Shown: piece by piece, positions 27,931 to 40,231 of the stretch
How the letters are laid out: the number at the start of each line of letters is the position of its first letter
How positions within the stretch are numbered: the first letter of the stretch is position 1
Assembly (NCBI RefSeq): GCF_001194135.2
Contig: NC_068997.1
Coordinates: 1,661,747 to 1,725,746, forward strand
Length of the DNA: 64,000 bases
Source: Octopus bimaculoides
Lineage: Eukaryota
Reading direction: 5' to 3'
Notes under the pieces: model-generated
Told to the model about the DNA's origin: nothing
Database searches by the model: none
The model's input: only the letters and a program-made list of their open reading frames with translations
Position numbers and translations under genes: made by a program

Positions 27931-27984
27931 CTCTATCTATCTATCTATCTTTCTATATGCATGTATATGTGTATAAATATATAA

Positions 27985-28055
<71 letters not shown>

Positions 28056-28084
28056 CGCATACATATACATATGTATGTGTGTGT

Positions 28085-28280
28085 GTGTGTGTGTGTGAGC
28101 AAGTATTTGTGTGTCTGTATTTGTCCTCCACCATCGCTTGACAACAGATTTTGGTGTGTTTACGTAACTTAGCGGTTCGACAAAGAAGACGGATAGAATA
28201 AGCACTAGGCATACAAGAATAAGTCCTAAAGGCAATGCTCCAGCATGACCGCAGTCAAATGACTGAAACAAGTAAAAGAA
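28085..28280 (+). mobile_element. SINE family A 3' half, following (TAA)n/(TCTA)n/(TA)n tracts
   Basis: TAACTTAGCGGTTCGACAAAGAAGACGGATAGAATAAG...CAGCATGACCGCAGTCAAATGACTGAAACAAGTAAAAG. Confidence 0.8.
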
Positions 28281-28972
28281 TTTCAGAATATATATATATA
28301 TATATATTCGCTTAAACAACAATATAATCAATTTGAGATTACTTTTGTAAATAGTTTTGCATGCATTCGCTTGATAAATGCATTGTCGCAAAATCTGATG
28401 TATTTCTTCCATCAAATACACCCATACATATAGCAGACGTCACATGTATTATGAGGGTGTTCGTAAGCTTGAGTATATTTTTGTATATATGCGTGTATAT
28501 CTATATGGTACCCTTATATATATTTATAAATCTGCCCATACGGTTTTTTGTCTGCTGGACACTAACATCATTATTATTTCTTATTAATAATAATATTTTT
28601 ATATATTTATAACTTATTCACGTGGTTCGTTTTTGTATATGACATGGTTGAGGTGAATATTTTTCAAATTTAGCTTTTTTTGCAGCAAACTTAACTGACG
28701 AGAACTGAGTGCTTTTTAGCACAGAGTTTGAAATCATATGATATTAAGTTACCTGACATTTCTTTTCCAGCTTTCGGAAAGGTAGGGACCATTTTTTATT
28801 CGCCGCCCGCTTTCACTATGCTTGTAAATTCTTAGTGAGAATTCTGTGGCTTCCGAGTTTTATCTGACTCATATTTCTAGGTAAGCTCGTACTTTCTAGC
28901 ACCCTTATATATTTATGAATTTGCCTATGCTGTTTATGCTTGGTGGCCTCTACTATTGTTTCATAATAATAG

Positions 28973-29193
<221 letters not shown>

Positions 29194-30002
29194 GGGTGAC
29201 TGCAACATTAATTAATTAACTCTGTAATGATTTCAGTTTAACATCCCCTAATCAATCCTTGATCATATATTTCCATTGATTTAGATGTTCAGTTTCTGTA
29301 ATGATGTCTGTATAGCTGCTATAATATAATACTTCATTTAGCGAGTATTTTGCTTAAATAATATAAAACCTCATGTTGTGGTGAAATAAAATATATTATT
29401 ATTACTATTATTATTATTTCATCATCATCATCATCATCATCAACATCATCATTATTATTATTATTATTATTATTATTTTAAGAATCTTAAAAAACATGGC
29501 ATTTCAAAATATGTGTGGAATTTTAATTAAGGTAATATGAATGATAAAGTTTAAAAAAATCCAACTGAAATCTCCCAATGCATTAAATATTTTAGATTAA
29601 TTAAATCTATTATTGTAAACTTATTTAAATATGTTTCCACTTCGTAGAAGGGAGATTTTTTTGTATCTTTTATGAGTTATAAAACTAGAAATATTTTACT
29701 TTGCATATCAATCTACTCCGATAAAGAATAATGTTTTAACGAAAAAAATTTTAACGAAAGAGAATAAAAATTAAACCTATTTTTTTTAATACCGAAATAC
29801 AACTTTATATTCATTAAAAACGATTGAAACTTTTTTCTCAATAATAATAATAATCTCCACAAACGTGTGTATGTGCGCGCGCGCACGTCAGATCGAGTTT
29901 TTAGCCTAGAAGGAAGTCTTTCGTTGGGATTTGGTCAAGCATATTCACGTGTATGTAAGTATGTACAGACACACACACACACACACACACGCACACACAC
30001 AT

Positions 30003-30302
30003 ATATTAATAGTTATCGTCAAGCTAATATTACAGTCCAGAAAAAGTAGGACGAATGCTGCCGTTGATAAGCTCCAAGAGGCCATCGCCTATACCTAGCT
30101 ATGTGACACAATAATCTGTGTCCCATACAACTTTCGAACAGGGGAGGTCATCAGTTCCCCTTGTTCGAAGGTTATAATGGACACAGGTTTGTATGTCACA
30201 TAGCTAGCTATCTAGAAGCGATGGCCTCTTGGAGCTAATCAATGGTAGCATTCGTCCTATTTTTCTGGACTGCCATGTCAGCTTGGCGATAGCTATTAAT
30301 AT
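30003..30302. mobile_element. 300-bp foldback element (MITE-like long inverted repeat)
   Basis: Arms of about 145 bp are reverse complements at roughly 80% identity by eye, around a ~10-nt loop at about 30146-30155. Termini are ATATTAATAG and CTATTAATAT. Confidence 0.75.
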
Positions 30303-30356
30303 CTAGTACTGCATCCGTATTCTCCTTTAGACAAAATTAGAAATAACGATATTTCT

Positions 30357-30415
<59 letters not shown>

Positions 30416-30480
30416 ACACACAAGGGTTCAGGCATGGATGTGTTGTATATGTGGATTTATTACATACTAATCTTCTTCAG

Positions 30481-30744
30481 TCTTTTACCTTTTACTTGTC
30501 TCAGACATGAGACAGCTGCCCCATGCTGGGGCATTGCCTTGAAGAAATTTTAGTCGAATTAGTTCGACTTCGGTACTTAATTTTGTTAAGGCTGCTACTT
30601 ATTCTATCTACCTTTTATACCAATTACAGCAACATACACAGACAGAAAGACACACACACATATACATGACAAACTGCCAGACAGTGGGACTGAACCTGGA
30701 ACGATGTGGTTGGGAAGCAAGCTTCTTACCACACATCCACGCCT
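30481..30744 (-). mobile_element. SINE family A, internally deleted
   Basis: Tail and head (CAGTGGGACTGAACC...GCAAGCTTCTTACCACAC) are both present and the middle is shortened. Confidence 0.75.
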
Positions 30745-30872
30745 TAACAAATATTCCTGGCTGAGAGATTATGGCTATACTCTCTTGATTAGACGTTTTT
30801 GGTCCATCATGCTTATACGTATTTTATGGAAGCTTTGAAGGCTACAGTTCCAAAATGTTCTTTGATATTATA

Positions 30873-32113
30873 CAGGGTCTTGCAAAGAAATTGAGACCAA
30901 TTTTAAGCAGTTGAAAATCTAATACTCCTGTTTAATATTCAAGTAAATATCAAACTGATTCAACAACAGAAAATCATGGAACAACAGAAACATTCCGCCA
31001 TTGTTGTTTTGGCGCGCGCCGGGTACACGGCCAATAAAATTGCTAGGTTGACGAAACTTCCAAAAGAAACGGTTTATTGTGTGTATAAACAATTTAAAGA
31101 AAAGGAAAAGATTGATAGAAAAGAACATGAGGCTCGAAGTGATTCCAAGCGCAATCCAAAATTTCTCGCCAGCCTCAAACACTCGATTGAAGCGAACCCA
31201 TTCACATACATGACAACTCTTGCATAGGAACACAATGTGTCGCTTCCACGGTGTCCAGAGCCGTGAACAAGAACCTTGGCATGACAAGCTATGTTCGTCA
31301 ACGCCGTCACCTAACAGCCAAGGCCAAAGTAATCAGCCGAGAGATGCCAAAAGCTTCTGCCATCCATCAAGCATCAATGTACAGGAAAAACTCTCGTGTT
31401 TGTGGACGAAAAGAAGCTCACTGTGAACGCTGAGGTGAATCGCAGAAATTCTCGAGTTATCGCAGACAAACTTTCTGACGTCACTTCCCCCACTATATTT
31501 GAAAGTAAGAATCCTGCCTTTGTGATGGTATTTGGAGCCGTAGCGTGTGACGGAAGTGTCATGGATCCATACTTCATTGAGTCTGGCTTGAAGATCGACA
31601 CAAAGGAGTATCTGGACACTTTGAAGAACTCTATTACCTTGGATGGAGCAGATTTTTGGGCTTGAAATGCGGTGCTTATCCAGGATTCTACACCGTGCCA
31701 TGGATCAAAAGCATCACAGACCTTGCTTAGTGAGAAGGTGCCATTTTTTTGGAAGGCCAACATCTGACGCAGTAATAATCCAAATCTCAACAATATCGAT
31801 TATTTTTTAAGGGGCGTAGTTCAAGCAAGGACTGATGCTTCACCATGCTCGAGTTTCAACAATTTGAATATCTGCATCGTGCGTCCGACTTGCAAAATTA
31901 AAAAGGTGGAGGTTGCGGCAGCTGCAAAAAACATTCGTTCACATGTAGAGGCAGAATTGGTCAAAAGGTTTTGAGTGACAAATATTGAGTGATAAATGCT
32001 TTTGTTGTAATGAATGTTAAATTAAACTTATATCTGTCTACTACCATTATTTTAGCATTTATAACCAGCTTTATGCATCGTAAAAATTATCTCAATTTAT
32101 CTACAAGACCCTG
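30873..32113 (+). mobile_element. Full-length but inactivated maT (DD37D) Tc1/mariner-superfamily transposon
   Basis: TIRs CAGGGTCTTG(C/T)A(A/G)A(G/T)AAATTGAGA with TA TSD. Transposase starts at 30976 and contains FVDEKK...VMVFGAVACDG...IQD-x37-D(YF), with several stops and frameshifts. Confidence 0.93.
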
Positions 32114-32358
32114 TATATGAGAATACTTTACAAATCACTGCATCTTCCGAGACTACTGCCCATTTCTCACGAAAGATCTTTCTTTCGCTCCATCCGAAAT
32201 TTACGTAAGTATACAGAAGTTGTAGTTTTCATTTCAGTATGCAGTATTTTTATTTCAGTATGCAGTATATATAAGACGAATGGTTTATACCTGGTAGCTT
32301 ACTGGTAAAGCACTTTCTCATTAACCAAATATATACACATATATATATAGCATGAGAT

Positions 32359-32404
<46 letters not shown>

Positions 32405-32558
32405 GGGGGAGAGCGCAGTAACACTTTATATGTAGTGGTAATCTAGAGATATTGAGCTTTAAATAACAGTAATGGTATTATATTAAAAATTACAGACACT
32501 GGCAAAATGTTTTACATATAGAGTGGAGCTATTTTAAGGCATTCCTAATGGTTTAAAG

Positions 32559-32768
32559 CAGTGGTTCCCAATATTTTCATAATGGTTTCTAACAGTGGTT
32601 CCCTACTCTTTTATTTAAATGAGTCTTCCCACGGACTCCATTTAAAATGCTTATCCTTATCTATATATATACATACAAACATGAAATTTTAAATTTTGTT
32701 TACGGACCCCCCAAGTATTACTTTTGTGGACCACCAAGGGTTCGCAGACCCCAGGTTTGGAACCACTG
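32559..32768. mobile_element. hAT (Charlie-like) MITE
   Basis: TIRs CAGTGGTTCCCAA and TTTGGAACCACTG. The 8-bp TSD reads GTTTAAAG and ATTTAAAG. A second left TIR is at 32593. Confidence 0.8.
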
Positions 32769-33185
32769 ATTTAAAGCAATCACGCAGAATTGTCAAACTC
32801 GAAACAGAGAGATGGGAACTTATATGGAGAAGTATCATCTTACTTAAAGCGGTACGGTCGTATATAAAGTTATATGTTCTTATATAGAGTACTACGGTCT
32901 TATACACAGTGGTAAAGGTCTCGTGCAGATCGATAAGGTTTTATATAAAACGGCCAGGCTTATTACTTCACCACTGACGGAATATAATATTCCGAGATTC
33001 TCTGCAAGAAATCGATACATCATTGATTGTTTTGCTAGTCTTTCAAATATTTTATAATTTCGTTTTGTTTTAAGTGGACATCAATCGAATATTGTAATGT
33101 CTTAAAATTTGATCAAACAACATTGAAGAAGCACATTGGATACTGTATCATCATCATTATCACCATCACTATTATCATTAATATT

Positions 33186-33232
<47 letters not shown>

Positions 33233-33627
33233 TGTAGTTGTTGTTATCAAATGCACTGCATCGATCGACATACTATACTACATGTTACTTAATTTTTTTT
33301 AAATAATTTTCTCTCAGCAATTAGACCAATTGTTATTGTTAAAGTTGTTATTGTTAAAATCATCATCATCATCATCGTAATGTTTTATTATTTCGCTGCT
33401 TGCTAAATACCAATATTGTTTTAGAGTCAGTGCAGACACCTGTTTTAAGAGTCCACAAAGAAACCTGATTCAAATATCAAACATATTTCTGTATTATCTG
33501 CAACAGCAATGGGTTTGTTTGTTTCGGTTTTTTCATACTTGCATTCTTCAATATTCTTCAATAGTGTCGGCATCTTTATAGACACACACATACATACATA
33601 CATACATACATACATACATACGTGTGT

Positions 33628-33810
<183 letters not shown>

Positions 33811-33839
33811 AGAGTGAGAGAGAAAGACAGGGATAGTGA

Positions 33840-35260
33840 TACAGGTTGATAAGACCAGTTTATTGGATTACTCTGTGTTTTACGTCCATAAAGCCTATCG
33901 TGTGACTCCAAACCTGTTGGCGTATGGCCTCTCTAGTGAGTGGTCTCTCTAGAAAATGGAGCAGGAAACGACTACATTACTCTCTCAACAACAGGGGACT
34001 GTCTCCCTTTGGCTGTTAATTCTGAATGGCCCTGTTGTCGTGTGGGTCCCAGTAGACCAGCAGGAATTTCCTGAAATGCAAGCATTGTCCGAAAAGCTTC
34101 ATTTTGGAGTTAAGGATGTTCCCCGGGTTGTAGGGGTCTTTCAGCATCCTCGCCCGTTTAGCTATGCATAATTTACAACGCTTGGTCCCATTTATGTAGG
34201 GGCCTGGATTTTCTAGGACTCTCCGTGATATTTCGTGTGGAATTCCGTCGTCCTTCAGCTGCCATACATGGCTGGCTAATGACATAACGCATCTCCTTTC
34301 TGGTATCCTAAAGGAGGATCTGTGGTTGGAGAGGTGTTGCTTGAATGTGTTACCGCAGCATCCGATGTATCTCTGTGGTAAGGTGTTGCTGGTGCTGTAT
34401 CACATGGTATTGACGCTGCTGCTGCTGCTGTTAGTAAAGAGGCTGTTGGTGTTGGCATCGTTGATGTCGGTGCTGCTACGACTGGCGTTGGTAATAGTGC
34501 TGTTGTTGCTATGGTCATCGTCTTTGATGGAGTTGTTGTCACTGGTGTTATAGATATCATGGTTCTGCTGCTATTTCTGTTAGGGATACTGCCACTGCTG
34601 TCATTAATGTTCCTATTGTTGTAATCGCTGGCGATGGAGCAGCCGCTGATTTTGTTCGTGTTTCTGCTGATGCTACCCTTGCTACTGTAGTAGCCGTTGG
34701 GGAAGCTGCTGATGTTGCTGCTGCTATTAGGGTCGTCCAGTACCTCAGCTTCACAGACGACCCCTTTGGCTTCGAAACTACCTTCCACTGGGAATCTGTT
34801 GTAGCCCCTGCGTGTGCATTCCGCCTCCGCTCATGATCTAGGTGTGCTCTTAATACTGGAGGAACTGCTAAATGGGACCCTAAGTTTGTGCCTATTAACA
34901 ATGCGTCCATACCTATGTGAACATGTAAAATATTTATTCATTAGCTTAAGAAATATCCTACCTAAACACATTTTTACGTAAAGGGAAAAATATGGTATTG
35001 GTGGTGGGAGAAGCTAAATAATATTTCTGCGTCGTTTCCTTATGTGGATGTTGGGGCCCGGCATATAAGAACTGCAGTCCTCTAAACCCGCTAGGAGCTA
35101 ATGCCTCGTCATAGTGGAAGACTGTTGCTTCATAAATCCCTTGGCTAGGGATGTTCGTGATTCTCTTGCTAACACACTTCACCTGGTTTCGAACACAACG
35201 TGTCGGTGACAGGAGTCTGTGTTTTACCTTATCTTCTAATTCATCTATATAATATACTGC
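33840..35260 (-). mobile_element. Penelope-like element remnant (RT C-terminal linker plus GIY-YIG endonuclease)
   Basis: Pieces in order: SKRITNIP...YDEALAPSGF; RKRRRNII; LGRIFLKLMNKYF..SHRYGRIVNRHKLRV; KGVVCEAEV; QRYIGCCGNTFKQHLSNHRSSF; SLASHVWQLKD...KRCKLC...ILNSK...QCLHFRKFLL. Frameshifted. Confidence 0.88.
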
Positions 35261-35307
35261 TTTATAACTTACAATGTGCTTTTTGTCGGACTTATGTTTT
35301 ACTGACG

Positions 35308-35384
<77 letters not shown>

Positions 35385-36026
35385 CACACATATTTATAAC
35401 AATCTGCAATATAAACTTATCAGGTATTCAAGTCAATCATTGAACTCTGACCTCTTTTACTATAATTCAGATTCTTTGAGTTTTCTACGCCATAGTCATC
35501 CTACGAAATTTACGCAAATGTCTGCAAGCTTTATTTCAGAAAATATTCTCGGTATGTTATACAAATTCCATTGGATCCTTTGCTTAATTAACATGCATTA
35601 CTGCTTTTAATTAATAATTCATTACTTCTATGTTTAATTATCTGACATGTCACACTGTCCACTCTTGTCACGTAGAATACTAAAGTAAGAAGGAACATTC
35701 AACTACCACTGATAGAACAAACATTGAATTCTTCGCTAAATGAAATTACTTGAGTATTTATTTATGTATATGGTTATTTAATCTGGGGCACGATTGGAGG
35801 GAAAAAAGCGTCATTGTTGACGATTGTTGTGCGGACCAATGGCTGTTTTGTAACATTTCTGCTGACGGCGATTGTGACGAGAGTGTTTAAGTCGGTGCGA
35901 AACAAGTAGCGCTTGGGATTCCATTCGACGTGTAGTGAAATTTGCGGTGTTTATTTAATATTTTCGCCCTCCGTCAACAAAACATGATGAAGACACACAG
36001 AGACACGCGTATACACAGACACGTGC

Positions 36027-36061
<35 letters not shown>

Positions 36062-36426
36062 CACACGTATATGTATAGGGACAGAAGTAGAGAGAGAGAG
36101 AAAGAAGGAGAAAAATACACAAACATTTAGCTTCGCTGTGATCAAATAGTCCTGTGTGTGCGTGTCGTATGTGTATATAAAATCATATATTTATATATAT
36201 ATATATATACACATATATATATATATGTGTATATATATATACGTCACTAAAGTGAACAAGGGCACTGATCAGCACCAGTATTGCTAGAAATAAAAGCCAA
36301 AACATCTCGTATGCANNNNNNNNNNNNNNNNNNNNNNNNNNNNNNNNNNNNNNNNNNNNNNNNNNNNNNNNNNNNNNNNNNNNNNNNNNNNNNNNNNNNN
36401 NNNNNNNNNNNNNNNNNNNNNNNNNN

Positions 36427-36458
<32 letters not shown>

Positions 36459-37149
36459 GGTCAACCGTACAGTTTCCATCTATGGGTCTAATCACACCTA
36501 AATTAGGTTGCCACCAGGTCAATAATGACAAGATCATGATATTTCTGACGGGGAGAGGACGATTATAGCATATTTGCATAACTGTAAAATAAATAAATTA
36601 CCTCAAAAACAGACGTTGATTGATTTTAACGTGGATGTTTGCATCTACCTAAGTAGTGATCAAGCCGAGGGTAAAGGACACGACATCTGTCTAATGGGAT
36701 CGAACTCAGAACAATTTTGCGGCAAGGAAACATCTCTCCTGTACAACCAATTGTGGTATTTGTTTACGTCAGCTTAGCATAGTTTTGCCCTGAAGGAGCT
36801 GCAAATAACGAACCGATGGAGGATCGGCTAATTTACCGAAGAAAATATTTCGTTCGGGAATCGAGTGCTTGTGATTACAATTGCTTCTACAAGAATATAT
36901 GAGTGTTGTTCGAAATTAAATAAATTAACTGATTCAAAAGCCTGTCAGATTCGATAAAGATAGAAAACGAAAATGGTAAATAGTCCTCTTATGTTTGAGA
37001 TTGAAGTTAAACTTGAACGTTTCTCTTCAGATTTGTCAAACAGCTATGGTGGAGGTTTCAAATGTTTCAACCAGAGATATGAAGGAACTTAGGTTTGATT
37101 CCCGCTTGGGCCGTTTCATGTATATCTGATAATTATGAGCTCTGGCACC

Positions 37150-37400
37150 TGTCAAGAACCTACAGAAGTTTGGGGTTGCATGGTATTGGAATATGAAACC
37201 TCAAGAAGATTTGAAATTGCAAGGTATTGTAATATGAAATGTATAGAGGTTGTAACTATGATTATTTGTGCATTAGGGAGTTTGAGGAATGACATAGACA
37301 AATGGGATAATGTAGACTGGAAATGGTAACCTTGTAGAATTTCGACAGAACGTTTGCCTCTTAGGAACAGGAAGGATTTTCACAAGACTTGTGAACACTT
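37150..37400 (+). pseudogene. R4/NeSL-like (restriction-like endonuclease) non-LTR element C-terminal fragment
   Basis: YETSRRFEIARYCNMKCIEVVTMIICALGSLRNDIDKW resembles KY..L..EI.RLW.MK.V.V.P.VIGALG. Confidence 0.5.
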
Positions 37401-37520
37401 GTTGGCCTATTGAAATCATGTGGATATCTAAGATCACATGTAGTCACCTGCTACCACATAAATTCTGTCAAGAATAAGACCAATTCTGAGTCAATCATAT
37501 ACTAATAGTAATGATATTAA

Positions 37521-37715
37521 TATTTTCTGCGGCACGCACAAGGTCTGACATTTTAGGGTAGGGGTAGGTTGACTACATTGATCTCAGTGCGCAACTAGTA
37601 TTTCATTTATTTAGCCCGAAAGGATAAAGAAAAAAGTCGACATCGGTGGAATGTAGGTTGAAATACCGCTGAGCATTTTCTCCGGCACAATAACGACTTT
37701 GCCACCTCACTGTCT
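37521..37715 (-). mobile_element. SINE family B
   Basis: GCACAAGGTCTGACATTTT...CCCGAAAGGATAAAG...AATACCGCTGAGCATTTT matches the other minus copies. Confidence 0.75.
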
Positions 37716-37724
37716 AAAATAATA

Positions 37725-38308
37725 ATGCAGTACCTATGCTCTGATGCAGTACATGCCCTGATGCAGTACCAGGCACTTGCTGTAATGGCTTCTGATCTTA
37801 ACTGATTGGAAGTATTATCATGTACGTTATTTTGCCTTGGTATAAAAGATGGGCTACAGCAAATATTCTGCTCAATACCGCAGATTTGCTCGTCAGTTGC
37901 TTGACCTTAACCATTGGAACATGTCCCTTAGTGGATGATGATAAGTGCATCTCTGATCATAAGCAGAAGTAGTAGGGGTGTGCATCATAGCCATGCGTTG
38001 AAAGGAATTCTTTAGACTTTGAATAATTCACTTCTGGAAAGATGAGTGCTTCGTTCAACATACTTAAACAAACTTTATTCAAGCACCATTTGAGCGGGAT
38101 GGGCTACTCGACCTGCAGAAAATTCTAATTGTGCTCCACCTGCAAGGTCATGCGCTGATTATCTTGATATAAGATTATCATGTCGCGTACATATGGTTGT
38201 GACGAATGTGCCTGGTGAACCCTTATCAGAATGGTTATACTGGGCTTCGTATATTTTACCCCATTGTCACTTTGATTACGTACACTGATATCTGACTCAA
38301 TAATAATG

Positions 38309-38376
<68 letters not shown>
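37725..38376 (+). mobile_element. Interspersed repeat with (TAA)n tail, probably a retroposon 3' end; family unassigned
   Basis: About 570 bp of non-coding sequence begins with (TGATGCAGTAC)-like units and ends CTGACTC-(AAT)n. I recall it as a common octopus repeat but did not verify this. Confidence 0.5.
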
Positions 38377-38377
<1 letters not shown>

Positions 38378-38479
38378 TTAATTTTGTTACTTTTTATGTT
38401 TTTGTTATTTAGTTCTTCCTAACGTTAGCAAGAAAAATCCTTACATGTCTAATACCGAGATAAGCTAAACAGAAAAACG

Positions 38480-39350
38480 ACAAATTTAATATCCGACGCT
38501 AGCTGAGAAGCTGGAGACGAAAAGCAGATACTGAAAGGTTCTTAACTGCCGCAGAAGGTCGAAGCGTCCCAATCAGAAGCCATCAAAGATACAAGATCGA
38601 AGCGTCCCAGTCAGAAACCATCAAAGAAACAAGATGGAAGCGTCCCCGTCAGAAACCATCAAAAATGCAAGATCGAAGCGTCCCAGTCAGAAACCATCAA
38701 AAATACAAGATGGAAGCGTCCCAGTCAGAAACCATCAAAGATACACAATGAAACAAACTATATGAAGCAACTGTAGAATATGTGGTGAAAAGAAAGCAAC
38801 TATAAATCGTATTGTCTCTAGCACTCCAGTCTTATCGAAGCAGGAATAGGTCCATAGACATGACCGAGCTTGGAACTATATACACAGGAAATTGTGCCGT
38901 CACTACGGAATAACAAAAAGAAATAGATGATATAAGCATACACCATAGAATGGTCAAAGAAAATAACAAAGCAGCCATGTTCTGTGTTTACCAACACACA
39001 CAGGTAGGGAGATCAAATGCAAATTGGCAAGATATTGTTATCGTGGACTAGCAAGAAAATAAACCAAAAAAATCAAAACTACCGTCTAATCTTCATACGA
39101 ACCCCAACAGATGACAATGTATTTCTGAAAGAAATGGAGGAACTCTCGAAATACAAAGATTCAGAAATAGAAATAAACTGAATGTGGGGCCTGAAGAAAT
39201 AATCTCCAAAAGATGCTTTAAGTATGGTCAAGATTATACAGACAAATACTTAACTAAAACACCGAGATTTACGAGTAAATGTCACATACAGAAAATAGTA
39301 CTGATAAGCGTCACACACATCTTACTTACAACACTTAGAAATCAGCACAA
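38480..39350 (+). pseudogene. R4/NeSL-like non-LTR retrotransposon 3' part (CCHC knuckle plus RLE domain)
   Basis: TERFLTAA (cf. TEGFL.AAQDQ), CRICGEKKATINRIVS, HRHDR, RKLCRHYGI, QDIVIVD, TDDNVFLKEMEELSKYKDSEIE, QKIVLISVTHIL. Multiple stops. Confidence 0.85.
38557..38746 (+). repeat. 38-bp x5 tandem repeat inside the retrotransposon remnant
   Basis: Unit GATCGAAGCGTCCCAGTCAGAAACCATCAAAGATACAA starts at 38557, 38595, 38633, 38671 and 38709. Confidence 0.95.
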
Positions 39351-39694
39351 AAAAAAAGAACAATACTAAAGGAAGCCACATCACATACTCAAAGCACACA
39401 ACGTTGATTTCTGCAGCGCAGCGAGAGTACCTAATAAAAATAAGACTAAGGTATACAAATGCTTTTTCTAGAGGAGGGTGTATTTATTTTGTCAATCCGA
39501 AAAGATTAAAGTCGACCTCAGATAAGTTTGAACTCAGAAAGTAACGCCAGTCGAATGTGTCTCTCGAAGTCAAGTTATCATAGATATATTAAGCGGAGAA
39601 GGCCACTTGTTGTGGTGATCCTACATTAGAATTTGCCATAATCATAAGATCGAAACTGAGTGGTTACCAAGTTGCTAGAAATGGCAGCTAAATC

Positions 39695-40196
39695 GGTGGC
39701 TATGTGGTAAGAAGTTTACCTCCCAACCACATGTTTCCGAATTCAGTTCCACTGCGTGGCACCTTAGGTAAGTGTCTTCAGCCATAGTCTCGGGCCGACG
39801 AAAGCCTTGTGAATGGATGTGGTAGATGGAAACTGGAAGAATCCCGTCGTATATATATATATATATATGTAAATAATATGTGACAATTATTCGGTAGCCA
39901 TGATAAAATTCCGAGTTTCGGATGTGGGGGCGGAAACCCACGACACCATCTCTTCAGTTATCTGGCCATCGGAAAAAATGCTATGAAAATGACCGTTAAA
40001 CAAAGGGAAATTACTGCGTGATTCACCGTTATTAAGATAAAGGAGCTATTAGAATGACCGCTAAGTGAGGGGAGGGAGTAAAGGCAAGGGAGTGAAAATG
40101 TCCATAGTATTCGCGTAAGTATATACATATGTGTATATGTATGTACACATGTATNNNNNNNNNNNNNNNNNNNNNNNNNNNNNNNNNNNNNNNNNN

Positions 40197-40231
<35 letters not shown>

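Noticed and set aside
38557-38746. CRISPR-like 38-bp repeats
   Set aside because: Units abut with no spacers, the context is eukaryotic, and the unit derives from retroelement coding sequence.
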